64,000 bases of DNA from Bacteroidia bacterium (GTDB taxonomy: Bacteria > Bacteroidota > Bacteroidia > CAIKAF01), in contig JACVCJ010000003.1 of NCBI GenBank assembly GCA_016742095.1, positions 11,250 through 75,249 on the forward strand, in the 5' to 3' direction. Made by a program: the position numbers and the translations under genes. Shown piece by piece: positions 1-8,756 of the stretch; positions within the stretch are counted from its first letter, which is position 1; the number at the start of each line of letters is the position of its first letter. The notes below the pieces were generated by a model. It was not told the origin of the DNA and did no database searches. It worked only from the letters and a program-made list of their open reading frames with translations.

Positions 1-623
1 TGGTTGGGGTCGAGTTCGCCAGGCTGCACCAGTTCTTCCACTTCCACGATGGTTATTTTACCGGCCATGGCCATCAGCGGGTTAAAGTTGCGGGCCGTCT
101 GGCGGTAGATCACGTTGCCGGCGGTATCGCCCTTCCAGGCTTTTACCAGGGCAAAATCGGCATCAAAGGCGTATTCCATCAGGTAATCTTTTTCCTGGCC
201 CTTGTATGTAAAGCGGCGGCTTTCCTTGCCTTCGCCCACTTCGGTACCATAACCGGCCGGCGTATAAAAAGCGGGTATCCCGTAGCCGGCCATCATGCAG
301 CGTGTGGCCAGGGTACCCTGCGGTATCAGTTCCACTTCCAGTTCGCCGCTGAGCATCTGGCGCTCGAATTCGGCATTTTCGCCTACGTAGGAAGAGATCA
401 TTTTACGGATCTGTTTTTTCTGCAGCAGCAGTCCCAGCCCGAAATCGTCCACCCCGGCATTATTACTTATACAGGTAAGGCCTTTAGTCCCCTTGCGCAC
501 CAGTTCGCTGATGCAGTTCTCGGGAATACCGCAGAGACCGAATCCCCCCACGAGCAGGGTCATATTGTCCCGGATATCTGCCAGTGCTTCTTCGGCACTG
601 TACACCACTTTATTGATCGGCAT
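1..623 (-). CDS. scoA: 3-oxoacid CoA-transferase subunit A (partial; C-terminus lies beyond window start)
   Basis: Minus-strand ATG at 621-623. Translation [35 protein letters not shown]...[15 protein letters not shown]...[14 protein letters not shown] matches the SCOT/AtoD subunit A family. The ORF is open to position 1. Confidence 0.8.
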   Translation of the reverse strand, partial: MPINKVVYSAEEALADIRDNMTLLVGGFGLCGIPENCISELVRKGTKGLTCISNNAGVDDFGLGLLLQKKQIRKMISSYVGENAEFERQMLSGELEVELIPQGTLATRCMMAGYGIPAFYTPAGYGTEVGEGKESRRFTYKGQEKDYLMEYAFDADFALVKAWKGDTAGNVIYRQTARNFNPLMAMAGKITIVEVEELVQPGELDPN

Positions 624-640
624 TGTTCTTTTACTTTATA

Positions 641-2905
641 TTATTTTTCGAATAGATTGTCAAAATCGTCGCTGGCGTTGTAGTTGTTCTGCTCCAGCAC
701 GTCGGAACGGTATTCGCCGCAGTTGGTCTCCACGCTCAGTTCGCCCCTGGGTTTGGCAAAATCGCCGTGGTTGTATTTCAGCTGACCGTCGTTGTACACC
801 TTCAGCATGTACAGGGCCCAGATGGGCAGGGCCATATTGGCACCCTGACCGTAGGCCGTGCTGGCAAAGCGGATCTGGCGGTCCTCGCCGCCTACCCATA
901 CCCCGGTGGTAATGTCGGGAGTGGTGCCGATGAACCAACCGTCGGAGTTGTTCTGCGTGGTACCCGTTTTACCGGCCACGGGCCAGGTAAATTTATAGCG
1001 GGAACGCAGCCTGCCGCCCGTACCCTGGGTCACCCCTTTCATAAGCTGTATGGTAAGATAGGCCGCCTGTTCGTCCAGGGCCTCGTTGCGCTGCGGGTAG
1101 AACTCTTCCAGCAGGTTGCCGTTCTTGTCCTCGATGCGCAGCAGGTATTGCGGTTTTACGTGTATACCCTTATTGGCAAAGGTATTGATGGCCCCTACCA
1201 TTTCGTACACGGTAATATCGGGCGTACCCAGGCAGATAGCCGGTACCGGTTCAATGTCCGACACGTCGATACCCAGTTTTTCGGCAAATTTCAGGGTGGC
1301 CGTAGGCCCGTACTGCTTCATGAGGTAGGCCGATATCCAGTTGATGGAGTTGGCCAGGCCTTCCTGCAGGCTGATCATCTGTCCTTCTTTATAGGAGCCC
1401 GAGTTTTTGGGGCACCAGTTATCGATACACACCTGTATATTAGGCACCTGCATACAGGGGGACAGGTGTTCCTGCATGGCCATACTGTATACGATGGGCT
1501 TAAAGGTAGATCCCACCTGGCGCTGTGCGGCGCGCACGTGGTCGAACTTGAAGTTACGGTAGTCGATACCGCCTACCCAGGCCCGTACGAAGCCGCTGTG
1601 CGTTTCCATGCTCATCATACCGCACTGCAGGAAGAATTTATAGTACATCAGGCTGTCCCAGGGGGTCATTACCGTATCGCGGTAGCCCTTCCAGCTGAAC
1701 ACTTTCATGTCTGTTTTTTCGTGGAACGACTTTTCGATCTCCGACTCGCTCAGCCCGGCTTTTTTACCGTTACGCCAGCGGTCGCTGCTCTTCATGTCGG
1801 CACGCATTTTCTTTTCGATCTCCTCGGTGCTCAGATTCCGCGGGAAAGGACCGTTCTTATTGCCTTTTTTGGTCTTAAAGAACTGGGCCTGCAGCTGGGC
1901 CATCCACTCTTTGGCGGCGTCTTCGGCGTATTGCTGCATTTTACTGTCGATGGTGGTATAGATACGCAGTCCGTCGCGGTGCAGGTCATAGGGTTCGCCG
2001 TTGGCTTTCCTGTGTTCCTTGCACCAGGTGGTCAGGTCTTTCTTCAGTTCGCTCAGGAAATACGCGGCCTGATCGCCCATACCGTACTGGTTGCGCTGTA
2101 TGCGTTCGTACATCTTACCCTCAGACTTAGTGAGGGGCATTTTCTTATATTTTTCGGCCGTGGCGTCGTCGATCTTACCATATTTCACCATCTGTTCCAG
2201 CACCGTATTGCGGCGCAGGCGGCAGCGTTCCTTGCTTTTTTCGTTGCGCACGGGGCTGTACATGCTCGGGGCCTTGAGCATACCTACCAGCATGGCGGCC
2301 TCCTGGTAATCGAGATCGGCCGGCTTTTTATCAAAGAATACTTTCGAAGCGGTTTGTATACCGAATATCTCATGCCCGAAATCCGCGGCATTCAGGTACA
2401 TGGTCACAATTTCCTGCTTGGTATAGGTGCGCTCCAGTTTGGCGGCGATCACCCATTCTTTCAGTTTCTGCAGCAGGCGACCGGCTTTACCACCGCTCTG
2501 GTCCTGGCCGTGGAACAGGATCTTGGCCAGCTGCTGGGTAATGGTACTGCCTCCGCCGTCGCGGCCCAGTTTACCTACGGCACGCATCATAGCGCGGGCG
2601 TCGATACCGCTGTGCTCATAAAAACGGGCATCTTCGGTGGCCACCAGGGCATCGATGAGTTTGGGCGATATCTGGTCATAGGTAACCGTGGTACGATTCT
2701 GTACATAGTAACGGCCCAGCACCTTGCCGTCGGCACTGTAAATAAGTGTGGCGCGGCTGTAGGTGGGGTCTTCCAGTTCTTCAAAACCCGGAAGCGTGCC
2801 AAAGAGGCCCAGACCTGCCATCAGCAGAGCCAGGATCACTACCAGCAGCGGGCTGAACGCCAGTACCCATATTTTCCATTTTTTCATTCCTTTTTTCGAT
2901 GCCAT
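641..2905 (-). CDS. mrcA: class A penicillin-binding protein 1A (transglycosylase/transpeptidase)
   Basis: 754-aa ORF. N-terminal TM segment, glycosyltransferase motifs (EDARFYEHSGID, GGSTITQQLAK), then a transpeptidase region. Confidence 0.9.
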   Translation of the reverse strand: MASKKGMKKWKIWVLAFSPLLVVILALLMAGLGLFGTLPGFEELEDPTYSRATLIYSADGKVLGRYYVQNRTTVTYDQISPKLIDALVATEDARFYEHSGIDARAMMRAVGKLGRDGGGSTITQQLAKILFHGQDQSGGKAGRLLQKLKEWVIAAKLERTYTKQEIVTMYLNAADFGHEIFGIQTASKVFFDKKPADLDYQEAAMLVGMLKAPSMYSPVRNEKSKERCRLRRNTVLEQMVKYGKIDDATAEKYKKMPLTKSEGKMYERIQRNQYGMGDQAAYFLSELKKDLTTWCKEHRKANGEPYDLHRDGLRIYTTIDSKMQQYAEDAAKEWMAQLQAQFFKTKKGNKNGPFPRNLSTEEIEKKMRADMKSSDRWRNGKKAGLSESEIEKSFHEKTDMKVFSWKGYRDTVMTPWDSLMYYKFFLQCGMMSMETHSGFVRAWVGGIDYRNFKFDHVRAAQRQVGSTFKPIVYSMAMQEHLSPCMQVPNIQVCIDNWCPKNSGSYKEGQMISLQEGLANSINWISAYLMKQYGPTATLKFAEKLGIDVSDIEPVPAICLGTPDITVYEMVGAINTFANKGIHVKPQYLLRIEDKNGNLLEEFYPQRNEALDEQAAYLTIQLMKGVTQGTGGRLRSRYKFTWPVAGKTGTTQNNSDGWFIGTTPDITTGVWVGGEDRQIRFASTAYGQGANMALPIWALYMLKVYNDGQLKYNHGDFAKPRGELSVETNCGEYRSDVLEQNNYNASDDFDNLFEK

Positions 2906-2913
2906 ACAAGGTT

Positions 2914-3432
2914 TTATTTAACAGGGTTACCTGCATTGGTATATTCCACACGGAGTCCCACATTGCTGATGTGCTGCAGGCCTTCTTCGGGTGCGCGCAT
3001 CAGCTGGGAAAAACGAAAGCTGTATTTACCGCTGTAGGGAAATTTCACCGGCCCTTTGCGGTTCACCAGGAAGGCGTTCTCGCAGCTTCCGCCGCTGCAT
3101 TTGCCCAGTTCACGGCCCAGTTCATCGTTGAAGTACAGGTCCATGGTATCCAGCGAGGTGTTGCCGTCGGGATAGCCCGTTTCCAGCAGCAGCCAGAGGT
3201 TACGGTAAGGATAGTCCTTATGGTTGCGGATGTTCAGGATCACGTTATAGGCCCTGGCCGTATCGGCGATCTCTACTTCGAACTCCGGTTTAAAATCCTC
3301 ACGCCAGGCCGCGCCCGGTATATCGGTATAGGATTCGTACACCCGGTCTCCGTCACAGGAGGCCAGGCCAAACACCACCGCAGCTGTCAGCAGGAACAGC
3401 GCAAATTTACTTCTGCTCCGGTTTTTTAGCAT
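2914..3432 (-). CDS. gldH: gliding motility lipoprotein GldH
   Basis: Start moved to the internal ATG giving MLKNRSRSKFALFLLTAAVVFGLASC (lipobox). GldH family. Sits downstream of the PSP1 gene as in other Bacteroidota. Confidence 0.8.
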   Translation of the reverse strand: MLKNRSRSKFALFLLTAAVVFGLASCDGDRVYESYTDIPGAAWREDFKPEFEVEIADTARAYNVILNIRNHKDYPYRNLWLLLETGYPDGNTSLDTMDLYFNDELGRELGKCSGGSCENAFLVNRKGPVKFPYSGKYSFRFSQLMRAPEEGLQHISNVGLRVEYTNAGNPVK

Positions 3433-4714
3433 TTTTCGGATTATTGTTCTTTCCACCGGAATTCTTGGTATTGCCGGAATTACCTGGATTGTTACCTGGA
3501 TTACCGCCGCCGGAATTAGCGGGATTATTACCACCGTTCCCGGGATTATTACCGCTTTTGGCGTTTTTGTTCCGGCCGGAAGAGGGCTTGCGCTTTTTCT
3601 TTTTCTTGCCGGAATCGAAACGGGTAAGGCTGCCTTCTTCGATCACGTTCGAGAAGCCCGACTCCGGGGTAATTGCCTTTGGCGCCGTCTGCGCTTTGAC
3701 ACCCGCCAGGGTATCGGCCAGTTCGTTGCGTGCATTGATCTCCATGATCTCTTTTACCCGTTTCAGGGGCAGGGCATGAAAAACATGCGGACTTTCCTCG
3801 TAGGCAAAGAACATGATGCGCTTAAAGATATCGGTCTTCACATGAAAGCCGTTGCCTTCCATCGTGCGCAGTATCACGTTGTTGCGCGGGAATTCCTTCA
3901 GCGCGTCCATATAGCTTTCCAGCTCATAGTTGAGGCAGCATTTCAGTTTGCCGCACTGGCCGGCCAGTTTCTGCGGATTGATGCTCAGCTGCTGATAACG
4001 TGCCGCCGTGGTGGTTACCGAACGGAAATCCGTAAGCCAGGAGCTGCAGCACAGTTCACGGCCGCAGGCCCCGATACCGCCTACACGGCCGGCTTCCTGG
4101 CGCGATCCGATCTGGCGCATCTCGATACGCACTTTCAGGTCGCGGGCCAGCAGTTTGATCAGTTCCCGGAAATCCACACGCGCATCGGCAATGTAGTAGA
4201 ACGTGGCCTTCATGCCGTCGCCCTGGTATTCCACGTCGCTGATCTTCATGTCCAGGTTCAGGTCTACCGCGTATTTACGGCAAAGCATCATAGCGTCCTT
4301 TTCGAGGCCCATGGATTCTTTCCAGCGGTCGATATCGTTGGGCCGTGCCTTACGGAACAGCTTTTTGCCCGCATCGTTCACACTGGCGCCGGCTTTGCGC
4401 ATCTGCACGCGCACCAGCTCGCCCGTAAGCGATACCACGCCTATATCGTGACCGGGACTTGCCTCCACGGCCACTGCATCACCCGTTACCACGGGGATAT
4501 TGTCCGGATTTCTGAAAAACTCTTTACGTGTATTTTTAAAGCGTACCTCCACCCATTGAAAACGGTTCGGAGAAGCATCCTGCATACCACTAAGCCAGTC
4601 AAAAACATTCAATTTATTACAGCCGCCGCTACCGCATGAACCCTTATTACCGCAGCCGGCAGGGGTCAGAGCATCGGTATTGCCTCGGCCGCTTGCACAC
4701 GAGTTACATCCCAT
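3407..4714 (-). CDS. PSP1 C-terminal domain protein (RicT/YaaT-like)
   Basis: 435 aa with a conserved PSP1 core (cysteine cluster CCxxW...CGKLKCCLNYE). The last ~70 aa are a low-complexity K/G/N/P-rich tail whose coding sequence overlaps the gldH start by 26 nt. Confidence 0.85.
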   Translation of the reverse strand: MGCNSCASGRGNTDALTPAGCGNKGSCGSGGCNKLNVFDWLSGMQDASPNRFQWVEVRFKNTRKEFFRNPDNIPVVTGDAVAVEASPGHDIGVVSLTGELVRVQMRKAGASVNDAGKKLFRKARPNDIDRWKESMGLEKDAMMLCRKYAVDLNLDMKISDVEYQGDGMKATFYYIADARVDFRELIKLLARDLKVRIEMRQIGSRQEAGRVGGIGACGRELCCSSWLTDFRSVTTTAARYQQLSINPQKLAGQCGKLKCCLNYELESYMDALKEFPRNNVILRTMEGNGFHVKTDIFKRIMFFAYEESPHVFHALPLKRVKEIMEINARNELADTLAGVKAQTAPKAITPESGFSNVIEEGSLTRFDSGKKKKKRKPSSGRNKNAKSGNNPGNGGNNPANSGGGNPGNNPGNSGNTKNSGGKNNNPKNAKKPEQK

Positions 4715-4793
4715 AGTATCTGAAATTCAGTCTTATTTTATACAAAAACACATTAAATGTAATAAGAATGACAAAAATAATGAAATTTGCCGC

Positions 4794-5141
4794 ATGGCAG
4801 CGGATGAATTAAATGTACGTTGGGCTAAGCTCGTAAAAAGACTGAATACCGAATTTGACCAGGATTTCGAGGTGGAAGGAATACTCTTTCTTATTGGACT
4901 TCAGGAACTTGGCAAAGGATACGTAAAACTGAACAAACACCAGAAGATGGAGGTGATGCATATTGCGGTATGTGCCCTCCTGGAAAAATACGGATACTAC
5001 AATTACCTGGGTAAGGATGCCGACGGCTGGCCCCACTGGGAACCTACCGAACTGTTGCCGCACCTGAGTTCCATGCAGCAGCACAAACTGATAAAAGACG
5101 CGATCCTGACCTATTTCGAAGAGAACGAAACGGAAGAATAG
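4794..5141 (+). CDS. hypothetical protein
   Basis: ORF 4680-5141; first ATG at 4794 (MAADELNVRW...). No recognisable domain. Divergent from the PSP1 gene. Confidence 0.45.
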   Translation: MAADELNVRWAKLVKRLNTEFDQDFEVEGILFLIGLQELGKGYVKLNKHQKMEVMHIAVCALLEKYGYYNYLGKDADGWPHWEPTELLPHLSSMQQHKLIKDAILTYFEENETEE

Positions 5142-5349
5142 GGCAAAAAAAAATTCGGAAAGGGTATTTCCGAATAATTTTTTACTTGGTTTAGTTAGAG
5201 AATGGGGTTACAGGATTCTCAAATTTCACAAATATTAAGAAATGAAGAAAGTCAACTAATAAAGCTTTGTGAACTTCAGATTTTCTTCAAAAAGAATATA
5301 ATTTCTTTATATTATTGTTTATGTTTGTGTTATAAATAATCACCGTGTA

Positions 5350-6753
5350 ATGCTGCATGATTTAATACAGGCCTTAAGCAAAGATGAGCTACGTCGTTTT
5401 CAGAACTCTTTAAGCCGGGGGAAACGCAGTTTCAACCTCCTGGGCATCATGAAGAACGAAACGAATAAGGAGGTAATTTTCAAGAAGTTATACCACGAAA
5501 AATACAGTCCCGAAAAAGATATCCTGCTGCGTACGGAGATGAAGATCCTGAAACGTAAGCTGGAAGAGTTCATCCTGGAAAATTCGTCCCAGGACCTGCA
5601 TCCCGGCCGTGATTATGCGCTTTTTTACGAGGTGGCCAAGTGGTGCATGCTGAATTCGATCTACGACCTGGCCCTGAAATACTGCCGTAAATCGTTCGAC
5701 CTGGCCCTGGCACAAAAAGAATGGGCAGACCTGCTGCGCATCAACCGGGTCTATTACCTCATCAGCTGGCAGCAGCCCGCCGGGCTCAACGAAAAGACCG
5801 AAGTGCTCAGTGAGCGTACCCGCTGGCATCAGAAGATCATAAATACACTGGCTACCGAAGAAATGCGGCTCAGTCATTTCCTGGAGGCCTCCATCGACCG
5901 CTACCGCTATAACCTGCGCCAGGCCCACAACCAGCGCCGGTTCCCGGACACGCACACCATTCACTTCCCCGAACACGAGAGCAGTCTGGCCGCTTATTTC
6001 GGTCTCAAGGCCAAAGCCTACAGCACCATGGACGGACGGGCCATCGATATCCTGAAAGAGGCCATCGCCCTGCTGAAGGACATGCCTCATTTTTATTACA
6101 AGGACCAGGAATGGATCGCCGTGAACGGGGCCCTGGCCATGGAATATTCGGCACACGGTGAGCACGACCGGGCCTGCGAAGTGTTCGACATGCTCATTTA
6201 CCACCCCGACCTTACCAAAAGCCAGAGCAGCATCGGCATACAGTTCAACTATGCCACCACCCTGCTGAAACTGAAACAGTACCGCAAAGCCGAAGAGATC
6301 CTGGAACTGCTCGATGAACGGCATCCCAAAATGATACTGAACCGGCAGATACAGACCATGAAGATCACCACCTACCTTTTCCTGGGAGAAAGTGAAAAAC
6401 TGAAGAAGATCATTTCGAGACAGAGCGGTCCCATGGACCCGGCACTTAAAATATACAACCGCCTGCTTTTCGTTATTTATTACCTGCAGAAAGACAGCCT
6501 GGAACTGGCCGAACGCGAACTCATCAACCTGGAAAAATCGCGGCCGGTGAAAGGTTCGGTGTATCCGCCGCTGATACAGGCCTTTAAACTGTATATAGAG
6601 GCCGAACTTTCCCGGACAGGCAACAGCAGCGAAAGACAGAAAAAACAGTCGGAATTCCGCCGTGTAATGGATGATATTGCCGGGGCCGAAGACGATGTGC
6701 TGCGCAGCCTGCTTCCCTATAAATGGCTTCAATACACCCAGGAAAGTCAATGA
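5350..6753 (+). CDS. hypothetical protein (helical, TPR-like)
   Basis: 467-aa ORF preceded by a 200-nt AT-rich region. Its stop overlaps the rluA start (ATGA). No family recognised. Confidence 0.65.
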   Translation: MLHDLIQALSKDELRRFQNSLSRGKRSFNLLGIMKNETNKEVIFKKLYHEKYSPEKDILLRTEMKILKRKLEEFILENSSQDLHPGRDYALFYEVAKWCMLNSIYDLALKYCRKSFDLALAQKEWADLLRINRVYYLISWQQPAGLNEKTEVLSERTRWHQKIINTLATEEMRLSHFLEASIDRYRYNLRQAHNQRRFPDTHTIHFPEHESSLAAYFGLKAKAYSTMDGRAIDILKEAIALLKDMPHFYYKDQEWIAVNGALAMEYSAHGEHDRACEVFDMLIYHPDLTKSQSSIGIQFNYATTLLKLKQYRKAEEILELLDERHPKMILNRQIQTMKITTYLFLGESEKLKKIISRQSGPMDPALKIYNRLLFVIYYLQKDSLELAERELINLEKSRPVKGSVYPPLIQAFKLYIEAELSRTGNSSERQKKQSEFRRVMDDIAGAEDDVLRSLLPYKWLQYTQESQ

Positions 6754-7463
6754 GTACCGGCCTGCCCATCGTATATGAAGACCCCTGGCTGGCCCTGGTG
6801 GAAAAACCGGCCGGACTGGCCAGTGAAGCCGGCGCTGCCGAAGAAAGCGTACTGAAATGGTTCGGGGAATACCTCGCTAAGAAGTATCCCGGGCAAAAGC
6901 AGCTTTCGGCAGGACTCCCGCATCGCCTGGACAAGCCCGTAAGCGGACTGCTGCTGCTTACAAAAAGACGGCAGCCCCTGAAAATACTGGGCGATCATAG
7001 CCGCGAACACTGGAAAAAATACTACCTGGCCGTACTTGCCGGCGACTATACCGGGCCCGGGCAACTGGTACATTATATAGAAAAGCAGGCCGGCAGCCTC
7101 AAAGCACTGGCGCACACGCGGCCCGTACCCGGTGCTAAAAAGGCCGAACTGCGCTGTCACGTACTTGCGCGCAGCGACGATACCACCACCGTGTTTATTG
7201 AACTGCTCACAGGCCGTTACCACCAGATCCGGGTACAGTTCGCCGCCGCAGGGTTTCCCATCCTGGGTGATACCTTATATAACGGCGGGCCGGCAGTGCC
7301 TCCCGCGGCCATTGCCCTGCATGCCTGCAAACTGGTCTTTACACACCCGGTTGAGCAGAAGCAGATGACTTTCCATTCTGACTATGTGGCAGTTACGGGC
7401 TTTCCGGAACACCCCGCTTTAAGTGAAGCGATGCAAATTTTATCGAAATCCGTGTACTTTTAA
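6750..7463 (+). CDS. RluA family pseudouridine synthase
   Basis: MSTGLPIVYEDPWLALVEKPAGL...HRLDKPVSGLLLL...GRYHQIRVQFAAAGFPILGDTLY are RluA motifs. The start overlaps the upstream stop. Confidence 0.85.
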   Translation: MSTGLPIVYEDPWLALVEKPAGLASEAGAAEESVLKWFGEYLAKKYPGQKQLSAGLPHRLDKPVSGLLLLTKRRQPLKILGDHSREHWKKYYLAVLAGDYTGPGQLVHYIEKQAGSLKALAHTRPVPGAKKAELRCHVLARSDDTTTVFIELLTGRYHQIRVQFAAAGFPILGDTLYNGGPAVPPAAIALHACKLVFTHPVEQKQMTFHSDYVAVTGFPEHPALSEAMQILSKSVYF

Positions 7464-7548
7464 CGCCTGAACTAAAAAAAGGAAAAAAAAATTTGGTGTT
7501 TTAAATTAAAGCCGTACCTTTGGCTTCAATAAGGGTTGGTAAACGCAA

Positions 7549-7582
7549 AAGGTCGCTTCTTAACAGGAGCGGCCTTTTGTGA
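7549..7582 (+). terminator. putative intrinsic terminator downstream of rluA
   Basis: Hairpin GGTCGCT-(loop)-AGCGGCC followed by TTTTGTGATTT. Confidence 0.3.
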
Positions 7583-7610
7583 TTTATGCCGTTTTCGTAC
7601 CCTCAGGGGC

Positions 7611-7640
7611 ATAAAAAAGCCACCCCGCAGGATGGCTTTT
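7611..7640 (-). terminator. putative intrinsic terminator for the OMP gene (minus strand)
   Basis: Minus-strand hairpin AGCCATCC..GGGTGGCT followed by TTTTTTAT. Lies between convergent genes. Confidence 0.3.
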
Positions 7641-7664
7641 CGCTTACTTTTACAAAATTCTTTC

Positions 7665-8252
7665 TTACAGTTTCCAGATAACACCGCCGCTTACGTCGGT
7701 CTTACCCCAGCCCACTTCTCCGGTCACACCGAAATTGGGTGTAAAGTAGTAGCGGATACCGGCCGTAGGGCCAAAGTAGATCATGGGCATTACGCGCTGC
7801 CCGCCCGGGTTTCCCGGCCAGAAAGCCACACCCGTACCCAGGTTCAGTCCGCCGTAGATATCCAGCTTATCGGCATGGATGTTCTTACCGGTCTTGTCGG
7901 CGATGAGCTGGTAAAAGTGGAAATTACAGAAGCCACCCACGGGAACATTGAACTGGCCTGATCCGTAACCCCAGCCCCAGCCGGCACCATAAGGCGCACG
8001 CCCGCCGAAACCGACTGTAAAACCGGCGCCCACATACCTGCCGGGAGCCCACTCCATCTGGGCAAGTGCCTGCCCGGTAAAGGGGAAGAACAGATTCGGG
8101 TAATAAATACTGTTATAGCTATTGATATTACCCATACTCGACGCACCTATTGTTACCGAAATAGTTACATCACCCTTCGAAAATGCCTGGCCCCATGCTG
8201 CAGAAACGCTCACCACCAGCGCTGCAAGGCCTGTTACTAACAACTTCTTCAT
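7665..8252 (-). CDS. outer-membrane beta-barrel protein (hypothetical)
   Basis: Signal peptide MKKLLVTGLAALVVSVSAAWGQ. Gly/aromatic-rich beta-barrel-like composition. Confidence 0.7.
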   Translation of the reverse strand: MKKLLVTGLAALVVSVSAAWGQAFSKGDVTISVTIGASSMGNINSYNSIYYPNLFFPFTGQALAQMEWAPGRYVGAGFTVGFGGRAPYGAGWGWGYGSGQFNVPVGGFCNFHFYQLIADKTGKNIHADKLDIYGGLNLGTGVAFWPGNPGGQRVMPMIYFGPTAGIRYYFTPNFGVTGEVGWGKTDVSGGVIWKL

Positions 8253-8496
8253 AGTTTCTCAAATTTTTGCAAAGTTAATAGGTATACAACGAATAATAAA
8301 GGGGTTTAGTTCCAAACTGTGAGAAAAAATCAATAACAGTAAAAGGTTAATTATTTAAAATTAAGCCTATTATATGCATTATCCGATTAATTTTTTTAGA
8401 TAATTTCACATAGCAAAATCCTGTTTTTACAGGATATTTGAGCCTGTATACGATTTTTACTACCTTTGCCACGTTCCAGGTGCCTTAGTAAGTTAT

Positions 8497-8648
8497 TTAC
8501 AAGGGCTTAAAAGGGAATCCGGTGTAAATCCGGGACAGTACCCGCTGCTGTAATTCTCGCTGAAATCCGGACAAATGCCACTGCTCCGCTGCAAGCGGAA
8601 CGGGAAGGCGTCCGGGATAGAGAAAAGTCAGAAGACCTGCCTGCAACA
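8497..8648 (+). promoter_or_regulatory. cobalamin (B12) riboswitch
   Basis: AAGGGAATCCGGTGTAAATCCGGGACAGTACCCGCTGCTGTAA core, GCCACTG element, and B12 box AGTCAGAAGACCTGCC at 8627-8642. Directly upstream of a TonB-dependent receptor. Possible sigmaA-type -33 TTG (8438) and -7 TACCTTTG (8461) upstream. Confidence 0.85.
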
Positions 8649-8756
8649 CATAGTATTTACCGGGCTTCGGGAATAAAGCCGGCAATGCATCGGGAACGTC
8701 CGCAGGGACAGGTTCCGTTCATTTGCCTGTATTTCCGTATCCCCAGACAGGCAAGT

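Noticed and set aside
493-912. 139-aa plus-strand ORF spanning the scoA/PBP1A junction
   Set aside because: It overlaps two well-supported minus-strand genes. Pro/Arg-rich antisense translation.
767-3037. 756-aa plus-strand ORF antisense to the PBP1A gene, and similar long antisense ORFs elsewhere (3776-4639, 5488-6750, 9090-9800, 10646-11527, 11584-12357, 12591-13409, 14625-15839, 19548-20297, 23734-25317, 27674-28567, 30582-31520, 32219-33205, 41495-42913, 47085-47801, 48796-49695, 51934-53214, 53856-54608, 60144-61097)
   Set aside because: The opposite strand encodes proteins with unmistakable family motifs, signal peptides and operon logic. The antisense translations are low-complexity (His/Gly/Val/Arg-rich) and stop-poor because of GC-biased codon usage.
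8685-8756. ATG at 8685 as btuB start
   Set aside because: It lies within the riboswitch expression platform and gives a 25-aa n-region before the signal peptide. GTG 8757 gives a canonical signal peptide. Kept as the alternative start.
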